A stretch of 64,000 bases of DNA from Podarcis bocagei (taxonomy: Eukaryota): the NCBI GenBank assembly GCA_964188305.1, contig OZ076886.1; one strand, written 5' to 3'. Below the pieces are notes generated by a model that had not been told where the DNA came from, did not search any database, and saw nothing but the letters and a program-made list of their open reading frames with translations. Within the stretch, counting starts at the first letter, position 1. Every line of letters starts with the position of its first letter. Below, in pieces: positions 24,702 to 38,720 of this stretch. The position numbers and the translations under genes are program-made.

Positions 24702-27700
24702 CTAAGATGTGCCCACTGTTTTATATTTCAAATTTCTCATTGTTGTTTAAATGGGTATAACATTAGTCCCAGGTAGTCTACTTAAACTCACCTACCTAAA
24801 AAAATAAAATAAAAAATGTTTCTGCCCTAAAGGAAAGTATTGTGAACTTACTCTGGACATGGGATTAGCAACAAGGCTTTGTTTAACTATGCACACGAGC
24901 CCTGCTTGCAGTTCTTTGCTCCCTAACCTTGAGGTCAAGCTGTAATTTTCCAAAGTCAGTAGAGACATGCCAAGTTATATACCAGCTCATCTCTTACACC
25001 CATGTTCAAGAGGCCAGGTAAGTAATAAAAGCACAGCAATCCAATAGTAGAATTATATTTTTTAAATATAATTCTCCATCAAAACTTGCTTTACTCCCCA
25101 ACAAGGGAAAAGATGAAAAGTAAATTGTTAAGTCAATGCTTGAAGCAACAGACCTTGTTGATGCTGAGCTTTGCTAGTATACACAGTTTTCGAGTTTAAA
25201 ACGTGTATCCTTCTCAATTTCTTACCACCTTATTTCCTTACTGTCTCCCTAGGATCAGATGAAAATGAGAAAGGTCTATGTATCTGCACACTGATGACTA
25301 TATAGCCCAGATCTCAAAACTGGAGATTTCCAGCTTCAACTTCAACTGTGTCCGTTCACCCAGAGCTTTTATGTAGATGCTTAAGCAGAACAAGGAAAGA
25401 ACCCTGCAGGCAACTCGCCACGGGGAGGAACAGTAGCTGCCCCAGCATCATTTTCTGAGCCCTGTCTCAGAAGGAATAAGCAGAGCCTACTTAACAGTGC
25501 ACCCAAGCCCTACCCCCTTGGTCAATGGTACTGATTGTGACTGAAAAGTCCAGAGGAACCAACAGGAACACAATCCACCTTCCATCTTCTGATGTAAATA
25601 ACCCACAAAAGTGATAAAGGCTGTTTCCAGTCCCAAAGCAGGCTGTAACCCCAGATTGAAATAGCTTACCTTAAAGTAATAAGAATTTATCTTATTTTAT
25701 ACACACATTCTTTTGCTCTCATCTCATAGAAACAGCTTCCAGAAGTAATACAATATTTCAGGTTATCTAGAGAGATTAACTTGTGTTTTGCAAGTTAATC
25801 ACTGGGCCCTTTATGGGCAAGTTCAATGATGCCAAAGTTTTTTTTAAAGCCATAGAAGAAACATGCACACAGGACAATATATTGCAATTGCGTATAAGGA
25901 AAGTTTTGGGAAAGTCCAATGGTGAATAGAGCTAAACATATTTTTAGCATTACAGTATCCTAACAGACCTACAAGGAGGTCATTTCCTTTAGATATGTTC
26001 ATACTTAAAAGTGAATTTAAAGCTGGAAAGCAAGCCAATGGAACATCGACGCTTATATTCCCATTAGAGAAGGTAATGTGGCTTAGTGTACAATTTTGGA
26101 CTTTGGCTAGATTGTGATCAGCATGTTCTAAAGTCAGAAAGAAAGAAGGAACAGAAAGAAGTCAAAAACTTGTGAAAAATAGAGGAGAGCTCTATTGATC
26201 CCTAATACCTGTCACTCAAATGGAGGAGCCTACACAGGTTCCATCTTCTCAACCAGGAAAGATAACCTTAGTTCACCCATGGTATAAAAAAAAAAGGCAA
26301 CAAGTTATCTCACAAAACAACAAAGAGAGACTATAAAAGCATGGTCCACATTCCAAGGCAATGCATAATTTTTAAGAACATTTTTTAAATGTTCATTTTC
26401 CATTTTAGTTAGAACGCTACTTACTCTTATCATTTATGCTAAGTACGGTGGAGCACTCATGGGTTCTGCTATGGGTCAGCAGAGCTCATGGCTGAGACAG
26501 ACATTATCCTCCCATTTAATATAAGCAGGGTACTGACAATACTATTCAAACTGACAAAACTTGCAAGTTTCTGCACCAGCCAAAACTCATGTGATTGTGT
26601 AAAAAAACCTATTTAATTTTGAACATCAAGCATTAGAACAGAACATTAAGGAAAGGTTTGAAACTCTTTGGAATTAGTCATCCAGTTGTCATAATTAATG
26701 AGTTGTGAGCATCAAGTAGGTGTGATGCCAGTTTTAGACCTGCCACATCTTGCAACAGTATCTGCATTCATGTATCAAGAAAAGTTATAAAGACATTCAA
26801 GTCACTGTGTAAAAACACAGGGAGATCCAGGAAAGCATAGCTTTGACAAGTGAGCATTTTTTACATCCTGTTTCAGCAGACATATACTTAAAAACCAATG
26901 AGAGGCTGACCATTCTTAGGAGATATGTACAAGAAATTCCTATGAGATGAACTCAGCAGCCTTTCACCAAACCTAACTTACATATGGATACAATGACTGG
27001 GTAGGAAGATAGGTGCTGTGCAGGTTCCCTCTACATGACTTACAGGAACTAATAGGGCACTGTCTATTTTTACAGACTTTTGACTTCACACAGTTCCTTC
27101 TTATTTAATTTAAAGCACATAATCTCATCATATTCTGAACTATTCTGCCACCTCCCACCTCTAGGAAGATCTCAACCTATTTTCTTTTCTTGTCAAAGGG
27201 AGGCTGATATGTCTATAGTTACTGGTATTCTTCCATAACAATTTCTTAACATTCTGTATAGACAGAACACTTCACATCTTTCCAGGAGGATTCTTCATAT
27301 TTAATCAATATCTTGAAATTTAAGACAGGATAGCTTTATAGGAAAAATGCATTAAGCTGCCATATGCACAGTTCTGAAATAAAACATGCCTTATGGCCAA
27401 GAAGAAATAGAATATAGTATGTCCCTGCTACCCAATTCAAGAAAAGTTGCTTCACACTTGCAAAGGATGGGTCCATCCATATGCAGAGTGGGTGGTCATA
27501 CTTTCTGCTAGTTCAGAAGGAGTATGTCTGAAGACAACTGATAAGCATGCAACTACGAGCCTAAAGCTTGTCCATACTTCCACTTGTCCCATGCCTAGCT
27601 CAGAAAATGATTTGTGCTTTGGCAAAACCATGCTTAATCATGTTAACAGGCTATCAAGCAGTTTCACTAGAGTTACAACTAAGGAATAACCCCCCCCCCA

Positions 27701-30700
27701 AATAAAAATAAAAACCAAAATCAACCACTAAGGGTACAAAGAAGAAACAAAGAATCAACCCCAACTCTTAAATAGAAGTAGGTTTTCATTTTGGGATATT
27801 TTCCCTTGTGTTTGTTAAGCATTGTTCTCTTAAAAACTTGGGTGTCCAGGAGTAACCTTAAGAGTGGTTTCCCCCACTGCAACATGCAGTTAAAAGGAGA
27901 TGTGCAAGTCAGTTGAAATTCTACTTTCTGCCTCACGTTTTAACACTCAAAAACAAAATCCATTTATCTCTGTGAAGCAAATGTTTGCTTCATTGTGGGA
28001 GGGGTGCTCAGGGGTTGGGCACCAATTTTTTTAACCCTAGGAGAGCTGCTGCTAGCTGGAGTAGACAGGGCTTAATATGCCAATGCAGAGCTTCGCGTGT
28101 TCATTCTGAAGTGGTACAGTCCAAGAGGGCTACCATACAACATGGCTCTTACTTCTTTTTCTATATAATAGGAACGGTGTGCTCTTGCCCATGTCCCCTG
28201 GAAACTGAGCCAGTTTTCTCCAGCCAAAGGACCATTTCTTCTGGGGTTGTTTGTATTCTGGTGTGGATGGGGAAGTACAAAAACAGATGCAATGTTTGTC
28301 AAATATGAGGAGTGGTTGCATAGCTTCCCTTTAAAATAAACACAAATTGGCTCTATTGGGGGGAATGAAAACAATAGCCATTGCCCTCCACCAATATCCC
28401 ATTGGACACCACATCAAGTCACTGTGCTAACCTCAAAGTACCTATATGAATGATTTAATCAAATCTGATGACTATATGGGCATAATAAATAAGTAAACAG
28501 GTGACCAGCAGCACAATAAAGCATGATCACTTGTGTTTATTTACTGCAGTTTGCTATAATGTATCTGTAGTTTTGCTTTAACAGGTGGTTCAGAGGATAC
28601 TGAATTGGAAAGTCTACAAAGAACAAGCAAGTAATTGTACTAATAAGAGCCTGACTAATATAGATTACATTACTAAATAACTGCTTTCTACCACTAAAGA
28701 ATAGAAGGCTGTCAACTGATAAGGAAATAGCAGCTGTTTCTCAGAGACATACCAGTATCATCATGCATTTTGTACATTTAGTCAAGATGCAAGACACATC
28801 TAAGTAATTAATTAAACCTCACGGTTTAAAAAAGATTTTTGTAAAAGTAAACACTGATGGTAGTAATCATCAGATATTTGCTTAATATACACTAAAGGAT
28901 GTCAGTTAATATTCTGCACTGTGCTATAACTTCATTTGAAAGAGAAAAAAATGGTTGGTGTCTTTCCTCAAGGTTGAAATCATTTTGAAACATGTGCCAT
29001 TGCTTATCAGCCTCCAAAAGGACAAGGGGACATATTTTAATGCAGAGATTGCACAACTGAGCCAAATTTGCAGGAGTTCTTGCTCCACACACTGGTACCA
29101 ATCCATAATTTCCATTATAAAATTGTGTGGGTGTGCGCACGCATGCGTATACAGACACACACACTAGCTTGAATCATACTTCAGACGACAGAAAGGCTCT
29201 CTTTAAAAGAGAAAAAACCTGAAAGCACTATTAAAGACTTCATACTCCTGAGGTTTGCTGCATACAGAGCATGCATTGTGATGCTCTTGAACATATTAGA
29301 AATAAGAGTTACAAATAATTATGGCACATCTCTGCTTTCAAGAAGCTTTGGTGCAAACACAACTTTAGAACTTCAGCAATTTTTCCTGCAGTAGGCAGTG
29401 AAATCTTGTTCTGGATTCAGGCAGAGTGCATGCACTTTCAAAACTAAACCTGTCATCATCTGTGTTCCACAAGCACAGCAATACTTAAAATGGGAGATCC
29501 CTTCCAGTGCTCATTTGATGGGAGGGTTGGGCGGCCCTTAATGAAATCCACTCCACTTTTAGCCAAATAGACAAATAATGTCTCCAAAAGTTTTTTTAAA
29601 ATAGTCACTATTAGGATGTCACATACAGTAAGGATTCTGGACCCCTGTAATTCAAGCAGTGGCACTAGGTTCTGCAGTTGCATAAAAATTCAGTGGTGCA
29701 AGAAGAACATAAAATTATGACATCTACTTTTTGTGTAACTCCTTGCACCATATGGCGTCCCTATGCTTGTACGATTTCATTCTACTCTTACTAGGTAGAA
29801 CATGTATACACACAAACTAAGGGTCACAATGTATCACAGTTTGCACCCATATCACCTGAGAGTTACTGCTGAATGTTTCTATATTGTTTTTCCCAGGGTG
29901 AGGCAATCTAATCCATAAATTGCCAACATGAATGCCAAACACTGTAGAATCAAAAGCCTGTCTGGGTGTGACAAACTTGCTTGTAGCAAAGGCTGTGGTG
30001 TGCCTTTTAAAGTGAGAGTTCTTTGAAGATTAAGGCTTCAGTAACAATGTTTGCTGATGATGTAAGCAATTTAATTGAAGCATTGTTTAAAGAATAAGCA
30101 TATGTTAACTCATCATATTTTATGCACTGCTCCTGTGCATATAAACACACCTGAATTTAAAAACAAGTCTTGGATTTCTGAAACTTATCTAAAAACTATT
30201 ATTTAAATAATCCTTATCACCTAAAGGGTATCCTAGATAAGTGGTTCTTCCTCACTCATGTCTACCACTCTGAAAAATGCAGGACAAGGAGAGGAGCAAA
30301 AGGAATATAAATATTTCGTTTTACAGAGCAGAAAGATTGCTTCAGCCGCTCTCGCCATGATTGGTACCTTGTCTCTACCATTGTGTTCTACCTTCCTTCT
30401 ACAGCTCTTTCAATGACATGATTTTAAATGCACTGAAGTTTTGGCTATATTAAAGAAGAGGGAGGGAAAATATTGCAACAGCCTTTATTGCTTAAGCAAA
30501 AATCGTCTAACTCTTGCTGAACAACTTTTGAGTTTTACGAGTTGGAGTGACTTGTTCATGTTCTCCCAGTCTGGTTCTAGGTAAATCTTGCACATGTATA
30601 GCCAGTTGTTTTTTGTTTGTGAAATGCACTGAATCCAATTTGGGCCTGTTTGGGAAGTGTATAAAACAAATGCTGTCCCCTGTTGTCCTCCTAGCTCCTT

Positions 30701-33700
30701 GCTGTCCATCAGAGTAACTGGTTTATTTACATGAATATGAGAATCATTCCAAAACTTCCTTATAAAGGCCACTTGAAAACCCTGATGCCAGGAAGTGATT
30801 CAAGGATAGGGAAATTAAGACCAAATGAGATAAAAATTCTAAATCTGTTTTCACAACTCTTGATTCAAATTATGAGATTTTATCATAAATAGCCACAGCA
30901 GGAGAAAACCATCAACACTTTGCTAGCTGTTGAGAAACTACTTGTGTGAAAGCAGCCCTACAGATTTCAGTGGAGTTACCCAGGGAAAAGATCAGAATCT
31001 GAACTTTTGTTTCAAATGTCTTAACAGCAAGAAGTCTGTGAGTATGTTTAACAGATGTATTTTCAGTTAATAGATTCAAGGTATTTCAATAGTCTGCTCT
31101 AATGTAAGCTAAGTATATAGAATTGCATTCTTTCTGTCATCAATAATATATCTTCCTATCTCAACCTTAACCTTCTTTATTGCTAAACAGGCAAGGTGTC
31201 CCACTTTTATGAAGAAGTATACAGAAGAAAATCTTTGTAAACATGAGGGCAGAGCATCAGCAAAAAGCAGTTGCTATGACCAAGTCTATTATACTGCTGA
31301 CTTCAAACAGTGACACAATGGAAAATAAGACAATGAGATCTTTAAAAGACAATAAGACACCAGGAGTACAATCTTATACTCAGAAATAAGCTCCACTTAG
31401 TTCAGTGGAACATCCCAAAAAATAACGCATCATTGCCAACTTTTTCCTCAGATGTCCAAATAGTTGCCTTATTATGCAAGATAAAGTTCTATTTAAGAAT
31501 AACTTATTATTCTTCAATGAATAATAAGCTAACACTACACTCACAGGATTTTAAAAAGTTTTTAAATCAATGTGAAAATTAATCTTTAGTTGAATCACTC
31601 AGCCTCCATTTTCTGCTAAATGGTATGATCTTTTGTGCCTTTCTTAAAAAAGGAAATATCGCAAAGAGATGGCATGTAGTATTATATTATTAATAATATC
31701 CTGCTTTCTCACATGGTTTATCTAGCATTTTCAAATGTTCAAAGTGCTTTGCATACATTTTCTCAGTAAAGGTATATTGCATTGACAGCTGCATTGTATT
31801 TTGAGAATTACAAGCAGGTCATATTACAGAATCTAGTCAATATTATTCTAGCCAGGACGTTATTTCTACAACCATAATGATGTTTTTGCTTTTACAGCAT
31901 GCTTACAAACAAATACGGAGCGATCACTTACCTTTCTGTCTATTATCCACCACTGTGTTTTTGCAAGACCAAGCTCCAGCATTTTCAGCAGGCCTAACAA
32001 CATAAGTAATCTCCCATTGCCACAAGTAATCTCCCATTCTACCAGGCCAGAAATACTATGCACTGGCATGTCAAATGCATGCATACCCTTTATAGTTTAA
32101 AAGACTGCTGGCAAAAGGGAGAGAGCCACATGTACTCACTCTATTGCTCTGTGCTGCATTTCTGGATACAAACTGCACTGCAGGTTACACTGGCTCTGTG
32201 TGCAGCTTTCTTCTCCCTTTGTGTCTTTAGAGACCAGAACTAAGATAACAGTGAGCCACAAGCACAGCTCATATTGCTCTATGTTGTATTTTTTGGTTGA
32301 GAAACCACAGAAGGACAATTCACACTATTTTACAGACCTTTAACCACCACCATGTGGGCAGATAGACAAGCAGGAAAGCCAGCCCATCCACGTCCAGCTG
32401 CTACCCGCCCCCCCCCCCGGCCTGCGTATCTATTCATTAGGGCAGAATTGGTACTGGCTATAGCTGAGAAATAACCTGCATATCTGCTTTAAAGTGTCTG
32501 GGCACATTTATTTGCAACCTGAGTCTATAGGTCCGCTTCAGCTGAAGCAGACCAAACGTTGCTTTACACTGCTGCAGGCATAATGGCGTCCTACCCTAAT
32601 AAGATGGCACTAGGGATATCCTTGATATCCAACCAGGGATATCCCCAAGAATCATAATTAGTTGCATACATTGTATGAGCTTTCACACTTCCAGGAATCC
32701 CTCCAAAGTTCAAAAATGCTGCATTGTGGAACTGGTTGTGTTCCGATCTCCTCCCCAGCAGCACAGTACTCTCATACAGCAATGCAGCACCCCATCCAGG
32801 AAAACAGTGATGCAGCAGTGCCAACAGCTGTTACTAGGGGCAGGACTGGATTATGTCACCGGACATACATTCTGGCATCACATTAATATCAACAGTCAAG
32901 CACTTGGTCCTTATGTACTGCTATACTGTTCAAGGTGGGTAGAATTTGTTTTGTTCTCAAGTGCCCTTAAAGCATCAGATCCTTATTTCTAATTTGTGAC
33001 AGAAGAATTTAGGCCTATGTGCTTATAATGAAGAGACCCGAGTCTAACACTCTGACCACTGGACTATTATCCAGAGTGCATGTTAACAGCCAGTTACCAT
33101 CCTCCTGTTTACAGTACCCTAGATTTATACATAATGTCATAATGAACTGCAGCATAGGTGAATATATATAATTAAACTATATTCTTGTAAAATATCTACA
33201 TAAACATTAAAGCCAACATCTTTCAGAAAGAAAGCCAGCTCTGTACTTCTAACAGAGGATCTTTCGCTATAAGAGAAAATCCCTCAAGGATATGAATTTT
33301 GTATTTCAAAAGGCATTCAGATGAGACTAAAAAGAGCTTCTGCACTTATTATATTTATATAAACATTGCAAAACCCCTCTTTATAGAAGAGCCGACTTAT
33401 ATTAGGAAGCTACTTGTGTATGGATATGTTAAAATAGCAAGAGGTCACCCAGTGAATGGGTTAGTCACGATCAAGTAACACTGCCATCTATTTAAGCCAT
33501 TTTGTTACAGCTGCCAAGATAGTTTGTGTGTAGTGATACTAAACATGGGCCCAAGAAGATTCTGGCAATTATAGGTCCAGAGACAGCCCTGATTTGATGC
33601 ATCTAGGGCCTTTCATTTATGTAAAGCTTTGCAAACACACTTTATATTGCACATTTTGTTTTGAATTGCATATACCTTGCATGCTTACTTGAACAATGAG

Positions 33701-35475
33701 GGCCAACTCATTTATTTTTTAGTTATTTGTGCAAAGAAAAAAAAGCATTATGGATTTTATACTAGAAAAGGTAAATGTCCAAGATTATTTTAAAATTCAT
33801 AAGAGGATTTGCTTGAGTGCTAGGTTCTTCTTTTGAAGTCCTGCTCTTGTCTTGCTCATCACAGAACTCAACCAGTGACAAACTGGAAACCAATTCATTA
33901 AAATACCTTTCTTTTGCTAGGCACAAGAAAACATCAGACTTGGTCTTGCCATGGCCTTCTGTTTACTGCTTAAGTAAACAGACAACAACCTACTGCCACA
34001 AATTATTTTTGACCACAATACAATATAAGAAAAGCATGTGTCAAGATACAGACCATAGCCCCAAGAGCAGCAACCCAAAAATGGTGTGCCAGTACACCAA
34101 CAGAAAATTTCCATCTCTGACATTCATAGATTTGAGGCCTTAACTACAGGAGTAAGGACACGGTCTTATTCTGTCACAGTGTAGCTACGTTGTCACGGTA
34201 CAGAATGAATTAAACAGGAAGTCAGAGCTTGCTGCAGTGACAGTGCTAGTGCTAATGGTTTCCAAGGTTAAATTTGGTCTTCTACACGAGCCTTTTATAC
34301 ACTTCCAGTCTGAAAAATTATTTCAAGACTTCTGGCTATACAGCATGAACTAAAAAGTCTCATTAATGATAGTACTTTTACCAGAGAACTGCATGCAAGA
34401 TAATACAAGAACTTCCACTTCTCTGTGCAGTATAACTAGATTATAAAATATATTTAGATCTTTAAGACTGTATTTAAGTCAAGTATAGGTTTCTTCTGAT
34501 CTACCGGTTTTCCTATCCAAAATTACAACAAAACTAGGTCACACCATGTTTTTTGCTTATACAATGCTTAGAAATGCAACAAAAATTTTGCAATCTTTGC
34601 TTTTTCACACACCACCCATGATTCCTTAGGTTTCAAAATCCTCTTTATAGAAAAAAATTAACCCATCAAGCTTAATCACAAATTACAAAATAAAAAATAA
34701 AATTGCCATTGTCCAGATTTTCACTGATTACATGGCTGGCTGTTTTTAATAGTAATTAACCTTCAGAAACTGGAGACAAATTCCCAATACATTTTAAGCA
34801 CACAGCCTCTTTCCTGATAACATATGGCCTCATTTGAACAGCATAGGCCAATGTCTGAAGCGAGTCTATATCTATTTTTAGTAATGACTTATAATCTACC
34901 AAAATCTATTGCCCTTGCTGGAGGAGATCAGCTCAACATTTTGTAAGAAAACTGTAAATCCCAGTGGACTATTTTTTTTTTTAACAGATGCATTCCTATT
35001 GAAAGGAGAAATTTCACAAAGCCATAGGCATATTTTCCGATAGTCCAGTTTTAGGATCCAATACTTGTGTACTGAAAACATAATGCTATTGCCATATGGT
35101 AAAAAGGGGGGGGATTCCATTTCAGCTGCTCAGTTTTTTTAGGACTTATCCACCCCACAAAAGAATTATTTCAATAATCACTCTTGCAACTGTTTTATTG
35201 ATCAGGTGCATTAACTTGACAGCAAACTACCTATATAACAGATGCAGGCTATAGTTACTTTTCTGACAAACACTATACAGAACATTCATGATTCAGAGAT
35301 GAGCAATCATGAAGCCTGAAATGTCAAAGGATAAACTATATACAAGAGGTGTATTTTTAAAATTAAGTCCTCAGCTCTAATAATAGAAACCATGCAAAAA
35401 CAACAGTCTTGCTATTTCTGCAACCATTTAACACATTTATGAATATTCTATTTAGTATTAGTAGAATAATCTCAC

Positions 35476-36600
35476 CTGAAAAGGAAAGATATTGTCAGCT
35501 CTGTTCAAACTGTCTTCCATCCAAGATTTTGGAGCAAAAGCGGAGCTGGGCCGTGCATACTTCTGCAACTGGATATGATTACTTGGGAAATTCTTCTTCA
35601 GGGGTGAGATGGAGTTCAGGGGTGTGATTCCTCCATTCAGTCCCCTGCGATGGTCTCGCCCTTGGGACCCTCCCCACCCACCATATCCACCACCGCCACC
35701 GGGACTCCATGAAGAAGACGGTGTAGGTGATGGGCTTTGGTAGCTGCTCCATGGAGAAGGTGGTTTGTTAAGATTATTAGCAAGATGAGGCAGTTGATTA
35801 AAAGCAGCATTTCTATGCGTAAATGGAGGTGGATGAGGACTTGCAGGAGACCTTCTCTGTTGTTGATGCTGATTGTGATGATGCTGAAAATGGGGGTGAT
35901 GAGGGTGGTGCTGAGAGAGGGGTCCAATCTGAGGGGAAAAACTACCCCCAAAGCCAGGACTGACATGATGTGGAAAATTCTGAAACAGCAGAGCACCATT
36001 ATTAGCTGAAGCAGGAGGAACCCCTCCCTGATGGAAGAAACTCGCATCTTCATTGATTATTGTTGAAGAAGAAGGAGCTATAGCTGCTGACCAGTTACTG
36101 AAACCAGTCAGAGAAGATGCTGTAGATGTCAAGGGCTGGCTTGAAGTACCCAGCCCTGTAGCCTCTTGATAATCAAATCCTGTTAACACTGGCGATTCTA
36201 TTCTTATTTTCTCCTTCCCATTGCCGTTCTCGGAAGAATTATCCCCCTGGTTTTCTTCAGATTTAGATTTCTCTGATTCAGGCAGCATGCCTGCTTCCTG
36301 ACTTTGACTAGGGGAAAGCTGCTGTTTTTCTAGGGAGTCTTGCTTTTCCTGTTGCTGAGTTTTAGATTTTTCAGACCCCAGAATCTCATCCTGAATGTTA
36401 TGGGCAGCTGGAGCAGGAAAGAGCCAAGCTGACCCAGCACTACTGCCATTGGCAGCTGTGTTATTTATAAAAGCAGCGGGGCTGGGGGTTGCATTTTGAT
36501 GGTGGTGCGGAGGCTGCAGATGTGGATGAAATCTGACTGGAAAAGCTGACTTATTCCCGGTGTTGTTTTGCACTAACACGCCAAACCCGTAATCCCCCAT
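35476..36600 (-). CDS. CPEB4: CPEB4 coding exon 1 (N-terminal disordered region, 375 codons)
   Basis: Translation MGDYGFGVLVQNNTGNKSAFPVRFHPHLQPPHHHQ...KSWMEDSLNRADNIFPFQ matches vertebrate CPEB4 as I recall it. It ends at a canonical donor CAG|GTGAGA, 1125 nt, phase 0. The last 5 residues of the ORF-track protein (VRLFY) are intronic read-through. Confidence 0.98.
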
Positions 36601-38400
36601 TTATTTTATTTAGGATTTTAATTCCGCCTGGAAAGAAAAAACAAAACTTTAAAATGTTTTTGTTCTACTAAAGCAAGATAATTGAAAATTACTACAGATC
36701 TTTCACCTCCCCCTTCTTTCCCACCTACCCACTTGAGATATCTGATTTGGATATTATTCCTGGAATCTTATTAATGAGATCACTTAAAATATTGACATGG
36801 ATAGACTTGTGTTCACTTCCTTCAAATATCCAGAAGGAGTAGAAAGTAAATCTTTGGTTAACAAAATAAGAGGTTTCCTTTTTTTCTAAAAGGAAATGCA
36901 CAAGAATGAAGTGGGGATGAAAGAAAGCTCCTGGGAATTCTTTTTTAAAAAGATTTTTAAAAAACTTTTTTGCCTTAACAGCCGCTTCAACCTGCCCATG
37001 TACACGTTAATGGAAACAATACCATGACATCTGGTGCTCCTCACTCCTTCACAGCTCCAAAAATATATTTAAATCTGGAATAATTTAATAAATTCTATAT
37101 AATCTAATATATATCTGTGTTCTATTCTAACAGTCTTTGCTGCTAAAAATCTGAAATTTTTACCTCAAGATTTCAATGGTGGAGCAAGTTGTACAGGAGA
37201 GCTTTCCCCACCCCCCAACCTGTGCTGCTACTGCCTTTGCCTTGTAGGACTATATGTATAATATGCTCTATGCGGATGCCCTTCTGACAAGTCCTTTCCA
37301 TATAAAGCAGGGGAGGGTGCGAGGATTTGTTCCTGTTTTAATCTCTAGATATCTGCATTCACTGCGTGTTGTGTGTATGTGTACGGACTGAGTTGTGCAG
37401 GAGGAGGGTGGATTCTTGTTGTTGCTGCCGCTGGTTGGGTGGGTTCCTGGTTGCTGCTTTTCCGAGCTCGCTTCCTATTATGATCCGATATTTGTGTGTC
37501 CTTCAGATGAATCCTGGCTGCCTGCAGAGGAAAATTTTCACCTCAGAAAAATCAGCAGTCAAGTGTTTGGAGGGGGGGCGGGGTGGGGGTTGAAATAAGT
37601 ATATCTGGCAAGCAGGGTTTAGGCATTTTAAAGCCATCAGCAGAATAATTTATTGTGCGACAGCGGGGGGGGGGGGGAGAGAGATCGGGCTCAGATCCTT
37701 GGACTGAGAATATTTAGAAAGCGGGGGGGGGGATGGTTGGAGAGAAGAGAGACGAACCTCTTTCGAAGGTGGGGGAAGGTGAGGAGGAAAATATAGGGCT
37801 GATGCCGCCCTTGCTCCCTCGGAAGGAGGGGGGAATGAAAGAGAGCAGGGATTTCACCCCCACCCCCGCAGAAGGACTTTTACCTCAGGAGGGGCGCAGT
37901 CTCCGGCGGGGAGGGGATGGCGCTGGCGGGGGGCCGGGCTCCTCTCTCCCCCATGGGAGCCGGTTTCTCAAGGGAGGGAGGGTCACGAGGATCGCTGGGT
38001 GGCGAAAGAGCAGGGAGGGGCGATATCAAGCCTGGCTCCGGAGGGTGGAGGAGGAGGAGGCGGCGGCGAGGGAGGCGGCGGTGGCGGCTCCCAGGGGTCC
38101 TGCCTTTCCTCCCGCTCCTGATGCTCCGGGGCTGCGGCGGCTGCTGCTGAGGCTGCGGCTGCTTCTCCTCCGCCTCGGCTCCTCCCGGCGTCGTTCTTTT
38201 CCCCTCATGTAACACAACTGTTTCTCGGGCGGGAGGACCGGGGGGGGGCTCCTGTTTAGTCACGAGGCGCTGGGCTACTCTGTCGATCCGCCGGTTCGCC
38301 ACTCCGGCCCGGCCGCCTCAGCCGCCGCCGCCGCCGCCACCGTCGTCGTCGTCGTCTCCACAGGACCGAGCCTCCGATCGAAATGACAACCAGCTGGAGA
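36601..38400 (-). other. CPEB4: CPEB4 5' leader with about 10 upstream ATGs/uORFs (TSS approximate)
   Basis: Minus-strand ATGs start at 38208, 37954, 37637, 37626, 37358, 37301, 37030, 37025, 36999 and 36798, each closing before the main ATG. A long uORF-rich leader is established for mammalian CPEB4. The TSS is inferred from promoter motifs. Confidence 0.7.
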
Positions 38401-38720
38401 CAGGCAGCGCGGCACTTCCGGTTCAGAGAAGCCACGCCTCTTCCCCCCCTCCGTCTCTCCCTCTCTCTCCCTTCTCTGGCAGCGGCCACGCCCCTCCCTC
38501 TCCTCAGCCGCTAGGCCGCCTCTCCCTAAGCCAAAAGAGGGACTGCGGGAGTCGGCAGCCCTTTTGGATGAGGGCAGAAATTGTTCGGCGCGGGGGCCAT
38601 CTTTGTTTTGGGCAGTTTTCTTTTCCTCAGAGCGAACCAAGGTGGACATGTTGGTTTAGGTCGGGGAAACTCCCGTGACAGGTGAAATTATAGTTGGCCT
38701 CGCTTAAACAGCCATTTTTG
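37650..38720 (-). promoter_or_regulatory. CpG island / CPEB4 main promoter
   Basis: High GC and CpG. ETS/GABP motif CCGGAAGTG (38413-38421, minus), SP/KLF-like GAGGCGTGGC (~38430-38440), YY1-like GCCATCTT (~38596) and GCCATTTT (~38712), CCAAT boxes (~38747, ~38770). Confidence 0.85.
38321..38356 (-). repeat. (GAC)5-GGT-(GGC)6 trinucleotide tract in the CPEB4 leader
   Basis: Plus strand (GCC)6 ACC (GTC)5. Confidence 0.9.

Noticed and set aside
25774-25800. 10-bp perfect inverted repeat GATTAACTTG/CAAGTTAATC
   Set aside because: Short and AT-rich, plausible by chance in 64 kb.
1276-35475. Self-cleaving ribozyme analogous to the CPEB3 intronic HDV-like ribozyme, or a hammerhead
   Set aside because: CTGATGA/CTGAAGA hits (e.g. 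2441, 15517, 23717) lack a stem II plus GAAA core, and I saw no HDV-like fold by eye. An Infernal/RNArobo search would be needed to exclude one.
35458-35475. C-terminal VRLFY of the 380-aa track ORF as the normal protein end
   Set aside because: It lies beyond a canonical donor and the protein continues in exon 2.
35637-36053. 138-aa and 90-aa ORFs overlapping exon 1
   Set aside because: Alternative-frame and antisense shadows of the CPEB4 CDS with no recognisable homology.
37733-38649. Several long GC-rich ORFs on both strands
   Set aside because: Stop-codon depletion in a CpG island; mostly non-ATG starts and low complexity.
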